Positions 18,218 to 28,143 of a stretch of DNA of 64,000 nucleotides are shown in pieces; position 1 is the stretch's first letter; every line of letters starts with the position of its first letter. The translations under genes and the position numbers were made by a program. The notes beneath the pieces were generated by a model. The model was given only the letters and a program-made list of their open reading frames with translations, ran no database searches and was not told the DNA's origin. Source of the DNA: Candidatus Cloacimonadales bacterium (GTDB taxonomy: Bacteria; Cloacimonadota; Cloacimonadia; Cloacimonadales; JAFGVF01). The stretch covers positions 2,784,001 to 2,848,000 of the forward strand of contig OY762964.1 in NCBI GenBank assembly GCA_963667035.1, written 5' to 3'.

Positions 18218-20775
18218 TAATGCCTAAGAAAAGACTCTCTATTTCAAATATTAGAAGTAAGAAAAGCGAGAATGAATCAACTGAAGTTATACTTCCTGAG
18301 TTAGAAGATAATCAGGCTGATTCCGACACTAAACTTGTTAAAGAAATTCCTAAATCAGCAAACCAAGGTGATGGGAATATCGATAATCCAAGAGTGAAAA
18401 CAGAAACTCAAGATGATCTAAAATCATTAAAGCATAATCCAACAGGATTTATCTCTAATCACAATGAGGAAAGCGAACCTTCGCTACTAGAATATCTTGA
18501 AGTTGGATACCGAAACAAATGGTTAATTCTAATCATTACTCTTTTGTGTATTATTGGGGCATATGTTTTACACATTAGAAAAGTTCCTTTATTTAGAACT
18601 AGAACTAAAATATTCATCCATGATGATTCAATGGAGCTGGAAGTAATTAATAATAAGCCATTCATAAAAGGGAAAATGGATGTTGCTACTTGGATGGAAA
18701 TACTAAAGACTAGAGATGTCTGTAAAAGAGTCTCTGCATACATGAATAATACTATATCTCCCCAAGAAGCTAAGTTGATGATTAACTGTACTAGCTCAAA
18801 AAATGAAGAAAACATCATTTCAATCACCTCAACTAATCCTAATCCAGTTATAGCTACGGACGTTGCTAATAATTTCTATCGTGCACTTAGAGATTATGAT
18901 ACGGAAGCCAACAAGCGTAACATTAACAAAACCATAGATTATCTTGAGCATCAACTAAGAGACAAAAATCACGAGCTTGATTCCTTAAACACAGCAGTAA
19001 AAGCTCTTTATGCTAATATAGATTTTAAAAACTACGGTGATAATTTGCATGAAAACTTAAAGCGTTTAAATGCTTTCAAACATAATTTAACAACTGTAGA
19101 AGTAGAGTTAGAAGCTGAGAATGCAAACATAAAAGTTTTGAACTCCAAGCTTAAAGAGGAAGATTCAACCTATATTACTGAAACAACTTATAGTGAACCA
19201 CTTAAAATTAAACTGATGAATCTTGAAGTTGATTTAGCTAGAGCTTTAACTACCTATGGGGAGAATCATCCAAAAGTTATAAGTCTACGTACTAACATAG
19301 CAAACATTAAGAAACTTATTTCAGATGGTGTTGAAGAAAGCATTCAAATGAGGAGTATTGGTCAAAATCCGTTAAAACAACAGATTCTAAAGGATCTCGT
19401 TGAATCTCAGACCAGGTCAATATCTTTAACCCAAAAACGTAATGCTTTGAGAAAAGTAATAAAAGAAATGGAGTTGTCTCCTAAAGATAACTCTATGCTG
19501 GTAAATAAGCAAAGAGAGAAAGATGCTTTAATACTTACCATCACTAACCTTCAAAACCAGATTAATAAAGTCAGATTGAATGCTAACATAGATTTTAACA
19601 GAATAGTTCAATTGGAAGAGGCAACTATTCCGCAGAAACCAATTGGTAAAAATCTACTCTTAATGCTTCTTAATGGATTAGGATTGGGTGTTGCTTTAAG
19701 TAGCATCTTAGTTTTTTTACTTACTAGGTTTGATAACAAGATTAATACTATTAATAAACTTCTTCATGTTTATCCGAACATTCCTATCATAGGTACAATA
19801 CCTAGGTTCAAGTTTAGTCCTATTAAGATTGATGCTCAAACTTCTAATCTAACAGAAGAGGAATTACAGAACAAGGATTTGGTAAACAGTGTTTTCAATG
19901 AAATTGCTTTAAATTTCCGATACCTGATTCTTAACAAAAGGAATAATGCTATTGCAGTGGTGAGTTCTTTAAAAGGCGAAGGCAAATCAACTATAACGAA
20001 CTATTTAGCAGTTGCTTTAGCTAATAATAATACTAAGACTCTTCTTGTTGATGCAGATTTCTATAATCCTCAGATATCTCGATATTACAGTAAAACTAAA
20101 GCATTCGGATTCTCCGAAGTTCTATCTGAACAAATACCATTGCATGAAGTGATAATAAATACTAAAATTGATAATCTTATGATACTGCCATCAGGCAAGT
20201 GTCCTCCAAGTGTTGGACATCTTTATCACAGTGACAGATTTAAAGAGATTATACAAGAAGTAAAGTCTGTTTGCGATATCATAATTATTGATACTCCTGC
20301 TTCAATGTATTTCCCGGAGACATCAGTACTTGTTAATGAGATGGATTGTGTTCTCCTAACTGCAAAGATGGGATTTACTACAACAATCAGTTGTAAAAAA
20401 TTACTAAAGAAGATACAAATCCTAGATACCAAAATTGGGGGAGTAATTGCAAATTCAATGTTAAAAGAGGTTTTCGATAAAACCTATAGTGATTACTACA
20501 ATTATAGTTATGAATATTACTCCCGATACCATAACTACACAAACAATCAAAAGCAGAATTCTTTAACAAAACATATACCTACAGATTTGTTTAAAGTAGT
20601 AAAAAAGAAGGATAAGTTGGAAAGAACATTCTTGCAGGAAGGTGAAATTCTAGACTATGAAGCTCAATCTGAAACAAATTTCGGAAGAATAAATAAAGAT
20701 AAAACCTTTGGGCTATTTCTAAAAAAATTAAAACGTTTCCTTGGTCTTGATGATGACTTTGATTTAGGAGAATAG
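18214..20775 (+). CDS. wzc: Wzc-like polysaccharide co-polymerase / BY-kinase
   Basis: Two TMs flanking a coiled-coil periplasmic domain (YGENHPKV); Walker A SSLKGEGKST; DAD; DTP; Tyr cluster YSDYYNYSYEYYSRY. Confidence 0.88.
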   Translation: MIMPKKRLSISNIRSKKSENESTEVILPELEDNQADSDTKLVKEIPKSANQGDGNIDNPRVKTETQDDLKSLKHNPTGFISNHNEESEPSLLEYLEVGYRNKWLILIITLLCIIGAYVLHIRKVPLFRTRTKIFIHDDSMELEVINNKPFIKGKMDVATWMEILKTRDVCKRVSAYMNNTISPQEAKLMINCTSSKNEENIISITSTNPNPVIATDVANNFYRALRDYDTEANKRNINKTIDYLEHQLRDKNHELDSLNTAVKALYANIDFKNYGDNLHENLKRLNAFKHNLTTVEVELEAENANIKVLNSKLKEEDSTYITETTYSEPLKIKLMNLEVDLARALTTYGENHPKVISLRTNIANIKKLISDGVEESIQMRSIGQNPLKQQILKDLVESQTRSISLTQKRNALRKVIKEMELSPKDNSMLVNKQREKDALILTITNLQNQINKVRLNANIDFNRIVQLEEATIPQKPIGKNLLLMLLNGLGLGVALSSILVFLLTRFDNKINTINKLLHVYPNIPIIGTIPRFKFSPIKIDAQTSNLTEEELQNKDLVNSVFNEIALNFRYLILNKRNNAIAVVSSLKGEGKSTITNYLAVALANNNTKTLLVDADFYNPQISRYYSKTKAFGFSEVLSEQIPLHEVIINTKIDNLMILPSGKCPPSVGHLYHSDRFKEIIQEVKSVCDIIIIDTPASMYFPETSVLVNEMDCVLLTAKMGFTTTISCKKLLKKIQILDTKIGGVIANSMLKEVFDKTYSDYYNYSYEYYSRYHNYTNNQKQNSLTKHIPTDLFKVVKKKDKLERTFLQEGEILDYEAQSETNFGRINKDKTFGLFLKKLKRFLGLDDDFDLGE

Positions 20776-21857
20776 TGAAGATAAAAAAAGATAGAATTAA
20801 GCGTAAGCATATATATGCTATAACATATCTTTTGATTATAATAGCTACAATCATTATACTTTTATTATTACCTAGGTCATGTAGCTATTCAGGTACTATT
20901 TATGCCGGAGTCGGAGGATGTGTTTATGATCCCGGTGTATATCCTATGTACAAAGGTATGACTTTATACGAGTTGATTCGTAAAGCAGATGGTATGAAAC
21001 CTAATGCTGACTTAGATCGCTTTAATCCGGATATGATTATTGAGCCATGGGAATCATATTGTATTCCCTGCAAAATAAAAAAAGACCCTCCTGTTAAACA
21101 AATTATTGCAGAAGTAGCTCCTTATGCCCCTAAACGAGAGCTTAATGATGTAGACCGCTTCACGATTATCTATGCAGGTTTACCAAGAACTTTTATACTT
21201 CTAGATGTTTATCCGAATTACGGACTCATATCAGCAACACATATTCCTTGGTTTACAGCAGTACATGATTTAGTCGGAAATGTAAAGACTCTCTATGAAA
21301 TGTATTTAATCGGAGGAACTGAAGCATTGGTAAGGTCAGTGTCTGATGTTACCCAGACAAATATTGACTACTACTTCGCTCAGGATAGACCTGCTTGGAT
21401 TAAATTTATTGATTATCTTGGTGGAGTAAAAGTAGACATTCCGGTTGAATTTGCAAAGCAATACAGAGTAAATAGTGGTATTCATATAATTGATGGATAC
21501 ACTTCTTGGTTCTATATTACCTTTATTTCCAAAGAAATGAGAAGAATAGATTATAAAACCGGCTCAATGAATAGAATCACTCGTCAAAAACTTTTTATGG
21601 AAGAGCTATATGCCAAATTTAAGAATCTGGATTTCTTTAGAAGTAGTCAGATTGGAAAATCCATATTAACAGATGCTGAAACGAATCTCTCTGCAGCTCA
21701 AGCCATAGAACTATCAAACAAAGTCAGGAAGATGTCTTCAAACAATCTAAAGCTTTTCACTTATCCGGGCGTTATCATTAATTATAATGGAGAGAACTAT
21801 TGGGAAGTTAATCCTATCAGATATAAAAATAAAATCTTTAATGAGATAAATAATTGA
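20775..21857 (+). CDS. Membrane-anchored SLBB + LCP (LytR-CpsA-Psr)-like protein, LCP motifs degenerate
   Basis: N-terminal TM; SLBB VGGCVYDPGVY...TLYELIRKADG; LCP-like IDYY, FIDYLGGVKVD, RITRQK and ETNLS. Confidence 0.75.
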   Translation: MKIKKDRIKRKHIYAITYLLIIIATIIILLLLPRSCSYSGTIYAGVGGCVYDPGVYPMYKGMTLYELIRKADGMKPNADLDRFNPDMIIEPWESYCIPCKIKKDPPVKQIIAEVAPYAPKRELNDVDRFTIIYAGLPRTFILLDVYPNYGLISATHIPWFTAVHDLVGNVKTLYEMYLIGGTEALVRSVSDVTQTNIDYYFAQDRPAWIKFIDYLGGVKVDIPVEFAKQYRVNSGIHIIDGYTSWFYITFISKEMRRIDYKTGSMNRITRQKLFMEELYAKFKNLDFFRSSQIGKSILTDAETNLSAAQAIELSNKVRKMSSNNLKLFTYPGVIINYNGENYWEVNPIRYKNKIFNEINN

Positions 21858-21864
21858 GGTATTC

Positions 21865-22587
21865 ATGCGTATTATTCTTGTTACTTTACTTTTTTTAACT
21901 ACATTTTCGGTATTTGCCCAACAAACTTATATTCCCCGTATGGCAAAAGATGACTTTTTTAACGGTGAAACTGATCTATCTAACATACCTGATTCGCTAT
22001 TGGTCAGTACAGAAGATGAATACATTCTTAGAAAAGGTGACAGAATATCAATTTATGTAATGGATCATTTAGAGTTCTCAAAGCCTCAAATAATGATATT
22101 ACCTGACGGAAGTATTGAGTATCCTTTGATAGGAACTCTGAGAGTTGCAGGACTTAACTCTGCTCAACTAAGGGCTATTATTGAAGAACGTTTACGTCCT
22201 TACGTGACTATACCCATTGTTACTATCTATATTGAAAAAATATTCGGAGAGAAACTCAATATAATTGGCTATGTTAATGGACCTGGAGAATATCAGCTTT
22301 ACGAACCTATAAGAATCACTGATGCTATTGCAATGGCAAAAGGTATTATAAACATTAGAGAAGTTAAAACTATAAGAGTTATTCGTAAAGATGGAGACGT
22401 GTTTAACGTAAGCCTTAAACATATATGGTTTAATGATGATGATGAGACAAACTACAGAGAAAATCTTCTTCTTAATCCGGGAGATACGCTTATTGTACCT
22501 CCTCCTCGAAGATTTAACTGGAGAATGTATACTGCAATAATTGCAACTCTATCACTTATTCTTCAGATATATATAGCTACTAACTAA
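21865..22587 (+). CDS. Wza/OPX-like polysaccharide export protein (Poly_export + SLBB)
   Basis: YILRKGDRISI, ILPDGSIEYPLIGTLRVAG, GYVNGPGEY, DAIAMAKG, LNPGDTLIVP and a C-terminal hydrophobic helix. Confidence 0.85.
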   Translation: MRIILVTLLFLTTFSVFAQQTYIPRMAKDDFFNGETDLSNIPDSLLVSTEDEYILRKGDRISIYVMDHLEFSKPQIMILPDGSIEYPLIGTLRVAGLNSAQLRAIIEERLRPYVTIPIVTIYIEKIFGEKLNIIGYVNGPGEYQLYEPIRITDAIAMAKGIINIREVKTIRVIRKDGDVFNVSLKHIWFNDDDETNYRENLLLNPGDTLIVPPPRRFNWRMYTAIIATLSLILQIYIATN

Positions 22588-23926
22588 AGTTTTTTATTCT
22601 TTTCATATAACTAATCGTCATAGCTAATGAAAGAATGAATGATCCTGCATCAGCAATTGGGAAACTCCACCAAACACCGTTTAACCCAAGAATTCTTGGA
22701 AGTATAAGTATGAGAGGTATCATGAACATTATCTGTCTGGCAATTGATAATACGAAAGAGGGAGCGGCTTTTCCTATGGCTTGGAAAAATGATCCTGACA
22801 TTACTTGAAATCCTACTAAGAAGAAAGCTGTAACTATAATCCTAAATGCTGTTGAACCTAAAGCAAGCACTTGTAAATCAGTAGTAAACATTCGAATCAA
22901 AAAAGATGGAATAGCTAAAACAACTAACATTCCTGTTATAGATATAATAGAGGCTCCTATTGTCGCATCTTTCATAACCTTTCTAACCAAATCATGTCTT
23001 TTCCTTCCATAGTTAAATCCTACAATAGGTTGCAGTCCCTGACCAACACCAAACATAGGCATCATCATGAATGACATAGCTCTGTTGATAACTCCATAGG
23101 CAGCTATTGCTAAATCTCCACTATATGTTTTTAAAGTTTGATTGATAATAGCTATCAGAACGGATCCTCCAATTTGTCTTACAAATGAAGGCATTCCAAT
23201 AATTATAACTTCTTTAAAAATCTGTGGATTCCATCTATATTGCTTAAACTTAAGTTTGAAAATACTTCTACCACTTATGTAATAGTAAAACAGATATATA
23301 ACTGTACATATCTGGGATATAACTGTTGCAATTGCAGCTCCTTTAATTCCCATATTAAAAACGAATATGAATATCGGATCAAGAATAATATTCATACCTG
23401 CAGCTAATAGCATACTTATCATTGCCCATTTAGCATTACCTTCAGCTCTAACGACGTTGTTGTTGACCTGCATAAAAGTTAAGAACAAGGTTCCCATAAA
23501 GATAACCCTCATATATTCTTTAGCATAAGGCATGATTGCCTCAGTTGCTCCAAAGACTTTTAATATAGGCTCAAGAAATAGTTGTCCGCAGATAACAACA
23601 ATTGTAGTAAAGAAAAGGACACTTATATGAATAGTATAAAGGGTTAATTCCGCTTTCTTAAAGTTATTCTCACCCAAAGAGCGGGATATAAGTGAAGCTC
23701 CTCCCATTCCAAATACGAAAGAAAATGCCATTATAGCCATCTGTATGGGGAAAGCTATTGTCAGTCCGGCTAAACCCATTGTTCCTACTCCGTGTCCAAT
23801 GAAAATGGCATCAACAACATTGAAGAGGGCCATTACTATCATTCCCGTCATTGCGGGAACAGAAAGTCTTATAAGCAATCTACCAACATGTTCATCTGCT
23901 AATATATGTGTATCGTTTTGTTTCAT
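22580..23926 (-). CDS. MATE family efflux transporter (MepA-like)
   Basis: LSVPAMTG, NVVDAIFIG, RAEGNAK, NIILDPIFIF..GIKGAAIAT, QPIVGFNYG; about 12 TMs. Confidence 0.92.
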   Translation of the reverse strand: MKQNDTHILADEHVGRLLIRLSVPAMTGMIVMALFNVVDAIFIGHGVGTMGLAGLTIAFPIQMAIMAFSFVFGMGGASLISRSLGENNFKKAELTLYTIHISVLFFTTIVVICGQLFLEPILKVFGATEAIMPYAKEYMRVIFMGTLFLTFMQVNNNVVRAEGNAKWAMISMLLAAGMNIILDPIFIFVFNMGIKGAAIATVISQICTVIYLFYYYISGRSIFKLKFKQYRWNPQIFKEVIIIGMPSFVRQIGGSVLIAIINQTLKTYSGDLAIAAYGVINRAMSFMMMPMFGVGQGLQPIVGFNYGRKRHDLVRKVMKDATIGASIISITGMLVVLAIPSFLIRMFTTDLQVLALGSTAFRIIVTAFFLVGFQVMSGSFFQAIGKAAPSFVLSIARQIMFMIPLILILPRILGLNGVWWSFPIADAGSFILSLAMTISYMKRIKNFS

Positions 23927-24157
23927 TACGTTCCTTAATCACTTTATTTAAGCTCAGACAGATTAAAGTCAATTATCCTGCAAGCAAAAAGAAAACTTTA
24001 GATTGTTTAGGGAGAAATATACAATAGGTATGATTCTATTGTCTACTCCAACGCTATCAATTGTTATTGATTTAATTAGCAATGTTTAATTAGGATACAA
24101 ATCCTATAATCTCTTGCCAAGAATAAATCTTCTATTTTACTTGAAATTAACAAAATC

Positions 24158-25891
24158 ATGGAGAGAGAAATGAAAAAGGTTTTAATTATTACCGGAATTG
24201 TAGTCGTAGCGATAGTTCTAATTGTAGTACTTGGAGGCTATTTCACCGCTAATCGCTTCTTTAATGCCAAAAGCGGTTTCTCATTAAGATCAACTTTAAC
24301 CGAATCAATGGGTAAGAGAGTTGATTATACAGATTTAAAAGTTAAATTGGGATTAGGAGTCAAAGTAGAAATTAATGGTTTCTCAATAGTTGATTCAGAT
24401 TATCCGGATAAACCTTTGATTCATGCCGGTAAAGTTTATGCTGATATGAAACTACTTCCTCTTCTTTCTAAAAAAATTGAAGTCGTTAGGATAACTATAG
24501 ACAATCCTGAAATATATTGGAATGATAAGATTAAGTTTGAACAAAAAGAAAAAAAGCCTAACTCAACGACAAAGAGTAGTAAACCCGAAAAATCCAAAAA
24601 AGAAAGTGCTATGTTTAGTTTATCAGTTCCTGAAATTGGAATCAATAAGGGTAAGTTTACCTTTGAAACTGAAACTGATACACTTTTAGTAGAAAACATT
24701 AATCTAAACCTTCAAGTAAGTGTTAATAACTTGGATAAGGATAAAGAAGATTATTCCGGAACGTTAGAAATAAAGAATATTGATGGCTCCTATGGGCCCT
24801 ATAACTGGCAGAGAGCATCAGGTTCAATATCATTGAATCAGGACAAATTATCGTGTGATGAATTGATATTTGCTACATCGCTTGGTAGATATTGGATGAA
24901 GGTTGATTTGTCTGATTGGAGTCACTTTGGTGTTAAAGATGTTACTCGTCCTAAACTTACATTCCATGTTATCTCTCCTCTTGCTGATTTTTCTAAGCTT
25001 CCAAAACAGGAAAAAGCAAATACGGAACCGGATAGTCTAATCGCAATGGAAGAGATTGAAGTTGAGCAAAAATCAGACATCAATAACGATAAGCTAGAAC
25101 TTCCTTTGGATGTCCAAGGCATAATAGATTTTAAGAAAGTAAAAACAGAATTCATTGAAATTAATAGTCTTAAAACCCTTATTGGGGCAAACAACGACAA
25201 AATATATCTCAATGTTGAGACATCAATTGCAGGTGGAAGAGTTAATCTGGAAACTACTCTGATCAACGGTAAAACAAAATCATTGAAAGATTTAGGATAT
25301 AAGGGAGAATTAACTATAAGTCATATGAGCTTACAGGAAGTCTCAAAATCTCTTATCAAAGATGATTTCTTAGAGGGTAATCTTTATGCCTCTTTTGATG
25401 TACAAGGGACAGGTGTGAGTTTACAAGATATGGTTAGCACTATGGAAGGTCAGGGTACAATATCTTTAAAAGAAGGTTACTTCTATTTACCTGATAATGT
25501 AAGAGAGTTTGGTAAATATGCTAAGACTCTTAAGAATGATAAGATTAAGGTAAATGTAGAAAATACTTCTACATACAAGAAAGGTATTCTAAAGCTCGAT
25601 AATCTTGTTGCTGAATCTGATGTGGCTGATGCTACAATATCCGGTTATATTAAACTTACTGGTTACATCAATACAAAGATAGTAGGAAAAGTCTCAAGAC
25701 AAGTTAGTAAAGAGCTAAAAATACCTGGAAAACAAATGTTCTTTGATGAAGAGAAGAGACTTGGATTTAAAGTTACTGTAAAAGGCTCGTTTGAAGAACC
25801 TGAGGTTAAGTTCTATTGGGCTAAACTCACAGGACAGATATGGAAGAATGTAAAAAGGGGAGTTGGTAGCTTAATAAAAGGATTATTCTAG
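24158..25891 (+). CDS. AsmA family protein
   Basis: N-terminal TM anchor; AsmA N-domain (LTESMGKRV, LLPLLSKKIEV..ITIDNPEI); C-terminal GxGTISLKEG...VKGSFEEPEV; start may be ATG 24170. Confidence 0.8.
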   Translation: MEREMKKVLIITGIVVVAIVLIVVLGGYFTANRFFNAKSGFSLRSTLTESMGKRVDYTDLKVKLGLGVKVEINGFSIVDSDYPDKPLIHAGKVYADMKLLPLLSKKIEVVRITIDNPEIYWNDKIKFEQKEKKPNSTTKSSKPEKSKKESAMFSLSVPEIGINKGKFTFETETDTLLVENINLNLQVSVNNLDKDKEDYSGTLEIKNIDGSYGPYNWQRASGSISLNQDKLSCDELIFATSLGRYWMKVDLSDWSHFGVKDVTRPKLTFHVISPLADFSKLPKQEKANTEPDSLIAMEEIEVEQKSDINNDKLELPLDVQGIIDFKKVKTEFIEINSLKTLIGANNDKIYLNVETSIAGGRVNLETTLINGKTKSLKDLGYKGELTISHMSLQEVSKSLIKDDFLEGNLYASFDVQGTGVSLQDMVSTMEGQGTISLKEGYFYLPDNVREFGKYAKTLKNDKIKVNVENTSTYKKGILKLDNLVAESDVADATISGYIKLTGYINTKIVGKVSRQVSKELKIPGKQMFFDEEKRLGFKVTVKGSFEEPEVKFYWAKLTGQIWKNVKRGVGSLIKGLF

Positions 25892-27232
25892 CTCTTGTAA
25901 AACCTTCTTATCAAGCATAAACACTCTATCTGATATAGATTTAACAAATGGCATGTCATGACTAACAATTATTATGGCATGCCCTTTCCTTTTCATTTCA
26001 ATAATGATATCCAAGAGTTTTAACTTGTTATTATAGTCTTGTCCAAAAGTTGGCTCATCCAATAGAATCAACGATCTATTCATAGATTGTACAATTGCTA
26101 GTGAAAGTCTTCGTTTTTCTCCAACAGATAAAGTAAAAGGATTTTGCTCTTTTTGTTCATCTAGATCTATCATTTTAAGTAATGAGATATCTCCATTAAC
26201 TTCATCGATTACTCTAGGATAAATGAAGTGGTTTTCAGGGTTCTGGAATAGAAGAGCAATTTCCATAAAGAGTTTCTTTCGTTTCATTCTAACTATATCG
26301 GTATCTTGAATACGAACATATCCGTTGTATCCCTTCTGTAATCCTGATATTATTCTTAATAATGTGCTTTTCCCTACACCATTACTGCCTATTATAGTAA
26401 TTATCTCACCTTTATGGAGATTAAGGTTGAGGTTTTCATACAAAGTTTTTTGCTTGAATCCAAAACTTAAATTCTCAATTGATAAAAATTTCATGCTTCC
26501 TGGTTTTTGCTCAAGTTGTGGGAATTCTTGTTCCCACTTTATATTATTTAATCCTGATTCAGTCAAAAAACCATTATCATCAATTGAGATTACTCTGTTT
26601 ATATAAGGTCTAAAATATTGTAGATTATGTTCTACAATGATAACAGTCTTATTCTCTACTTGCTTGCTAATAATGTTTAACAATTCTTCAGCTGATTGCG
26701 GGTCCAGAAAAGCTGTAGGCTCATCAAGAAGTAGTATAGACGGATTTGTTATGAGTATTGATAATAGAGCAACTTTTTGTTTTTCACCACCTGATAAGGA
26801 TAATACTTCACGCTCAAGCAAGCTTTCTATTCCATGTTGTTTTGCCAGTTCTATGATACAATCTTTGATTGTATCAGGTTCATATCTAAGGTTCTCCAAT
26901 CCAAATGCCAGTTCTTGCTTAACCGTCTGGTGAATCATTTGAGAAGAAGGATTCTGAAACAGTAATCCGGATTCTATTTTCTCTCTTTCCGAAAGTTCAG
27001 AAACGGATTTACCTCTATACTCAATTACTCCCGAAAGAGTGCCGTTTATTTGTTCGGGGATTAGTCCTTTAAGTGCATATAAAAGGGTTGTTTTACCTGA
27101 TCCTGAATTCCCTTTTAAGAGAATGAAGTCACCCTGATTAATCTTAAGTTCACCCTTCCAGCCAATACCGTTCTGTTGAAACGGGTAGTTAAAAGAAAAA
27201 TCTTTTATCCTGTATATTAATTCTCTTTGCAA
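25883..27232 (-). CDS. ECF-type ABC transporter duplicated ATPase
   Basis: Two NBDs: GNSGSGKT/FQNP/LSGGEKQ/LLDEP and GSNGVGKS/FQNP/LSVGEKRR/LLDEPTFGQD. Confidence 0.9.
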   Translation of the reverse strand: MQRELIYRIKDFSFNYPFQQNGIGWKGELKINQGDFILLKGNSGSGKTTLLYALKGLIPEQINGTLSGVIEYRGKSVSELSEREKIESGLLFQNPSSQMIHQTVKQELAFGLENLRYEPDTIKDCIIELAKQHGIESLLEREVLSLSGGEKQKVALLSILITNPSILLLDEPTAFLDPQSAEELLNIISKQVENKTVIIVEHNLQYFRPYINRVISIDDNGFLTESGLNNIKWEQEFPQLEQKPGSMKFLSIENLSFGFKQKTLYENLNLNLHKGEIITIIGSNGVGKSTLLRIISGLQKGYNGYVRIQDTDIVRMKRKKLFMEIALLFQNPENHFIYPRVIDEVNGDISLLKMIDLDEQKEQNPFTLSVGEKRRLSLAIVQSMNRSLILLDEPTFGQDYNNKLKLLDIIIEMKRKGHAIIIVSHDMPFVKSISDRVFMLDKKVLQELE

Positions 27233-27243
27233 TTACCAATCCT

Positions 27244-28143
27244 TTATAGATTCATTCCTTGATAAACATCATCTTTGTACAAACGTTCTAACAGCTTATT
27301 TAGCCACAACTTCTTATCTCCATTTATGTTTGTGGCAATTCCGTTTCTTTGTAGATTTGATGTAAAAAGTCTACTGACGGTTTTTTTTAGAGAAAGCTTC
27401 TTCAGAATTTCAATCAGCACGTCAATATACTCATCTATGTTTAACAATTTCACATTCAAATCTGCTAGTTTTGAGCCTTTAAAAGCTACAAGATTATGAA
27501 ACTTAACATCAGTTATAACTCTTTGACTATTGATATATTCGATTGTTAGAAGCATATCATCGTAAGTTTCGTTTGGAATCCCGATTATCAGATGTACTCC
27601 GGCCGTCAAATTTTTGTCTGCAATTCTTTTTAGTGCATCTTCTACTTGAATAAAGCTATGATTTCTATTGAGAAATATAAGACTTTTATCGTTTATAGTT
27701 TGTAGCCCAAGCTCTAAATGTACATTAAATTTCTTGCAAAGCTCCAAGAACTGATCTGAGCAATAGTCAGGTCGTGTGGAAACAATTATTCCTTTTACTT
27801 TTTTTTCGGAATAAACTGTCTCAAACGCTTGTTCTAGTATTTCTAAAGGAACAGCTCCAGTTGTTTCATCCTGAAAATATGCAAGATAACTCAATTCTTT
27901 TCCTACCCCTTTACTAACTTTCCTTATACCGATATCCAATTGCTCTTTTATCGGAATAAAGCTATGATTTTCCGTGAAAGTCGAAGGAAGGCAAAAGATA
28001 CATCCGTTTCTTGCTCTGTTTGGGCATTGCAGACCAAGAGATAAACCTACTTTAAAGGTTTTACCGTCGTATTTTCTCTTGGCGTACTCACTCCAAAGAT
28101 TTATTCTATATTCGAGTCTTTTCCCCTGTCCTTTAACAAGCAC
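27244..28143 (-). CDS. TIGR01212/YhcC-like radical SAM protein
   Basis: CPNRARNGCIFC, YLAYFQ, STRPD, ELGLQT, HLIIGIP and VKFHNL; start placed at GTG 28143, 8 nt after GGAGG. Confidence 0.82.
   Translation of the reverse strand: MLVKGQGKRLEYRINLWSEYAKRKYDGKTFKVGLSLGLQCPNRARNGCIFCLPSTFTENHSFIPIKEQLDIGIRKVSKGVGKELSYLAYFQDETTGAVPLEILEQAFETVYSEKKVKGIIVSTRPDYCSDQFLELCKKFNVHLELGLQTINDKSLIFLNRNHSFIQVEDALKRIADKNLTAGVHLIIGIPNETYDDMLLTIEYINSQRVITDVKFHNLVAFKGSKLADLNVKLLNIDEYIDVLIEILKKLSLKKTVSRLFTSNLQRNGIATNINGDKKLWLNKLLERLYKDDVYQGMNL

Noticed and set aside
22580..23926. MATE gene acting as the Wzx flippase of the wzc/wza cluster
   Set aside because: Opposite strand, and its motifs are those of MepA-like drug-efflux MATEs
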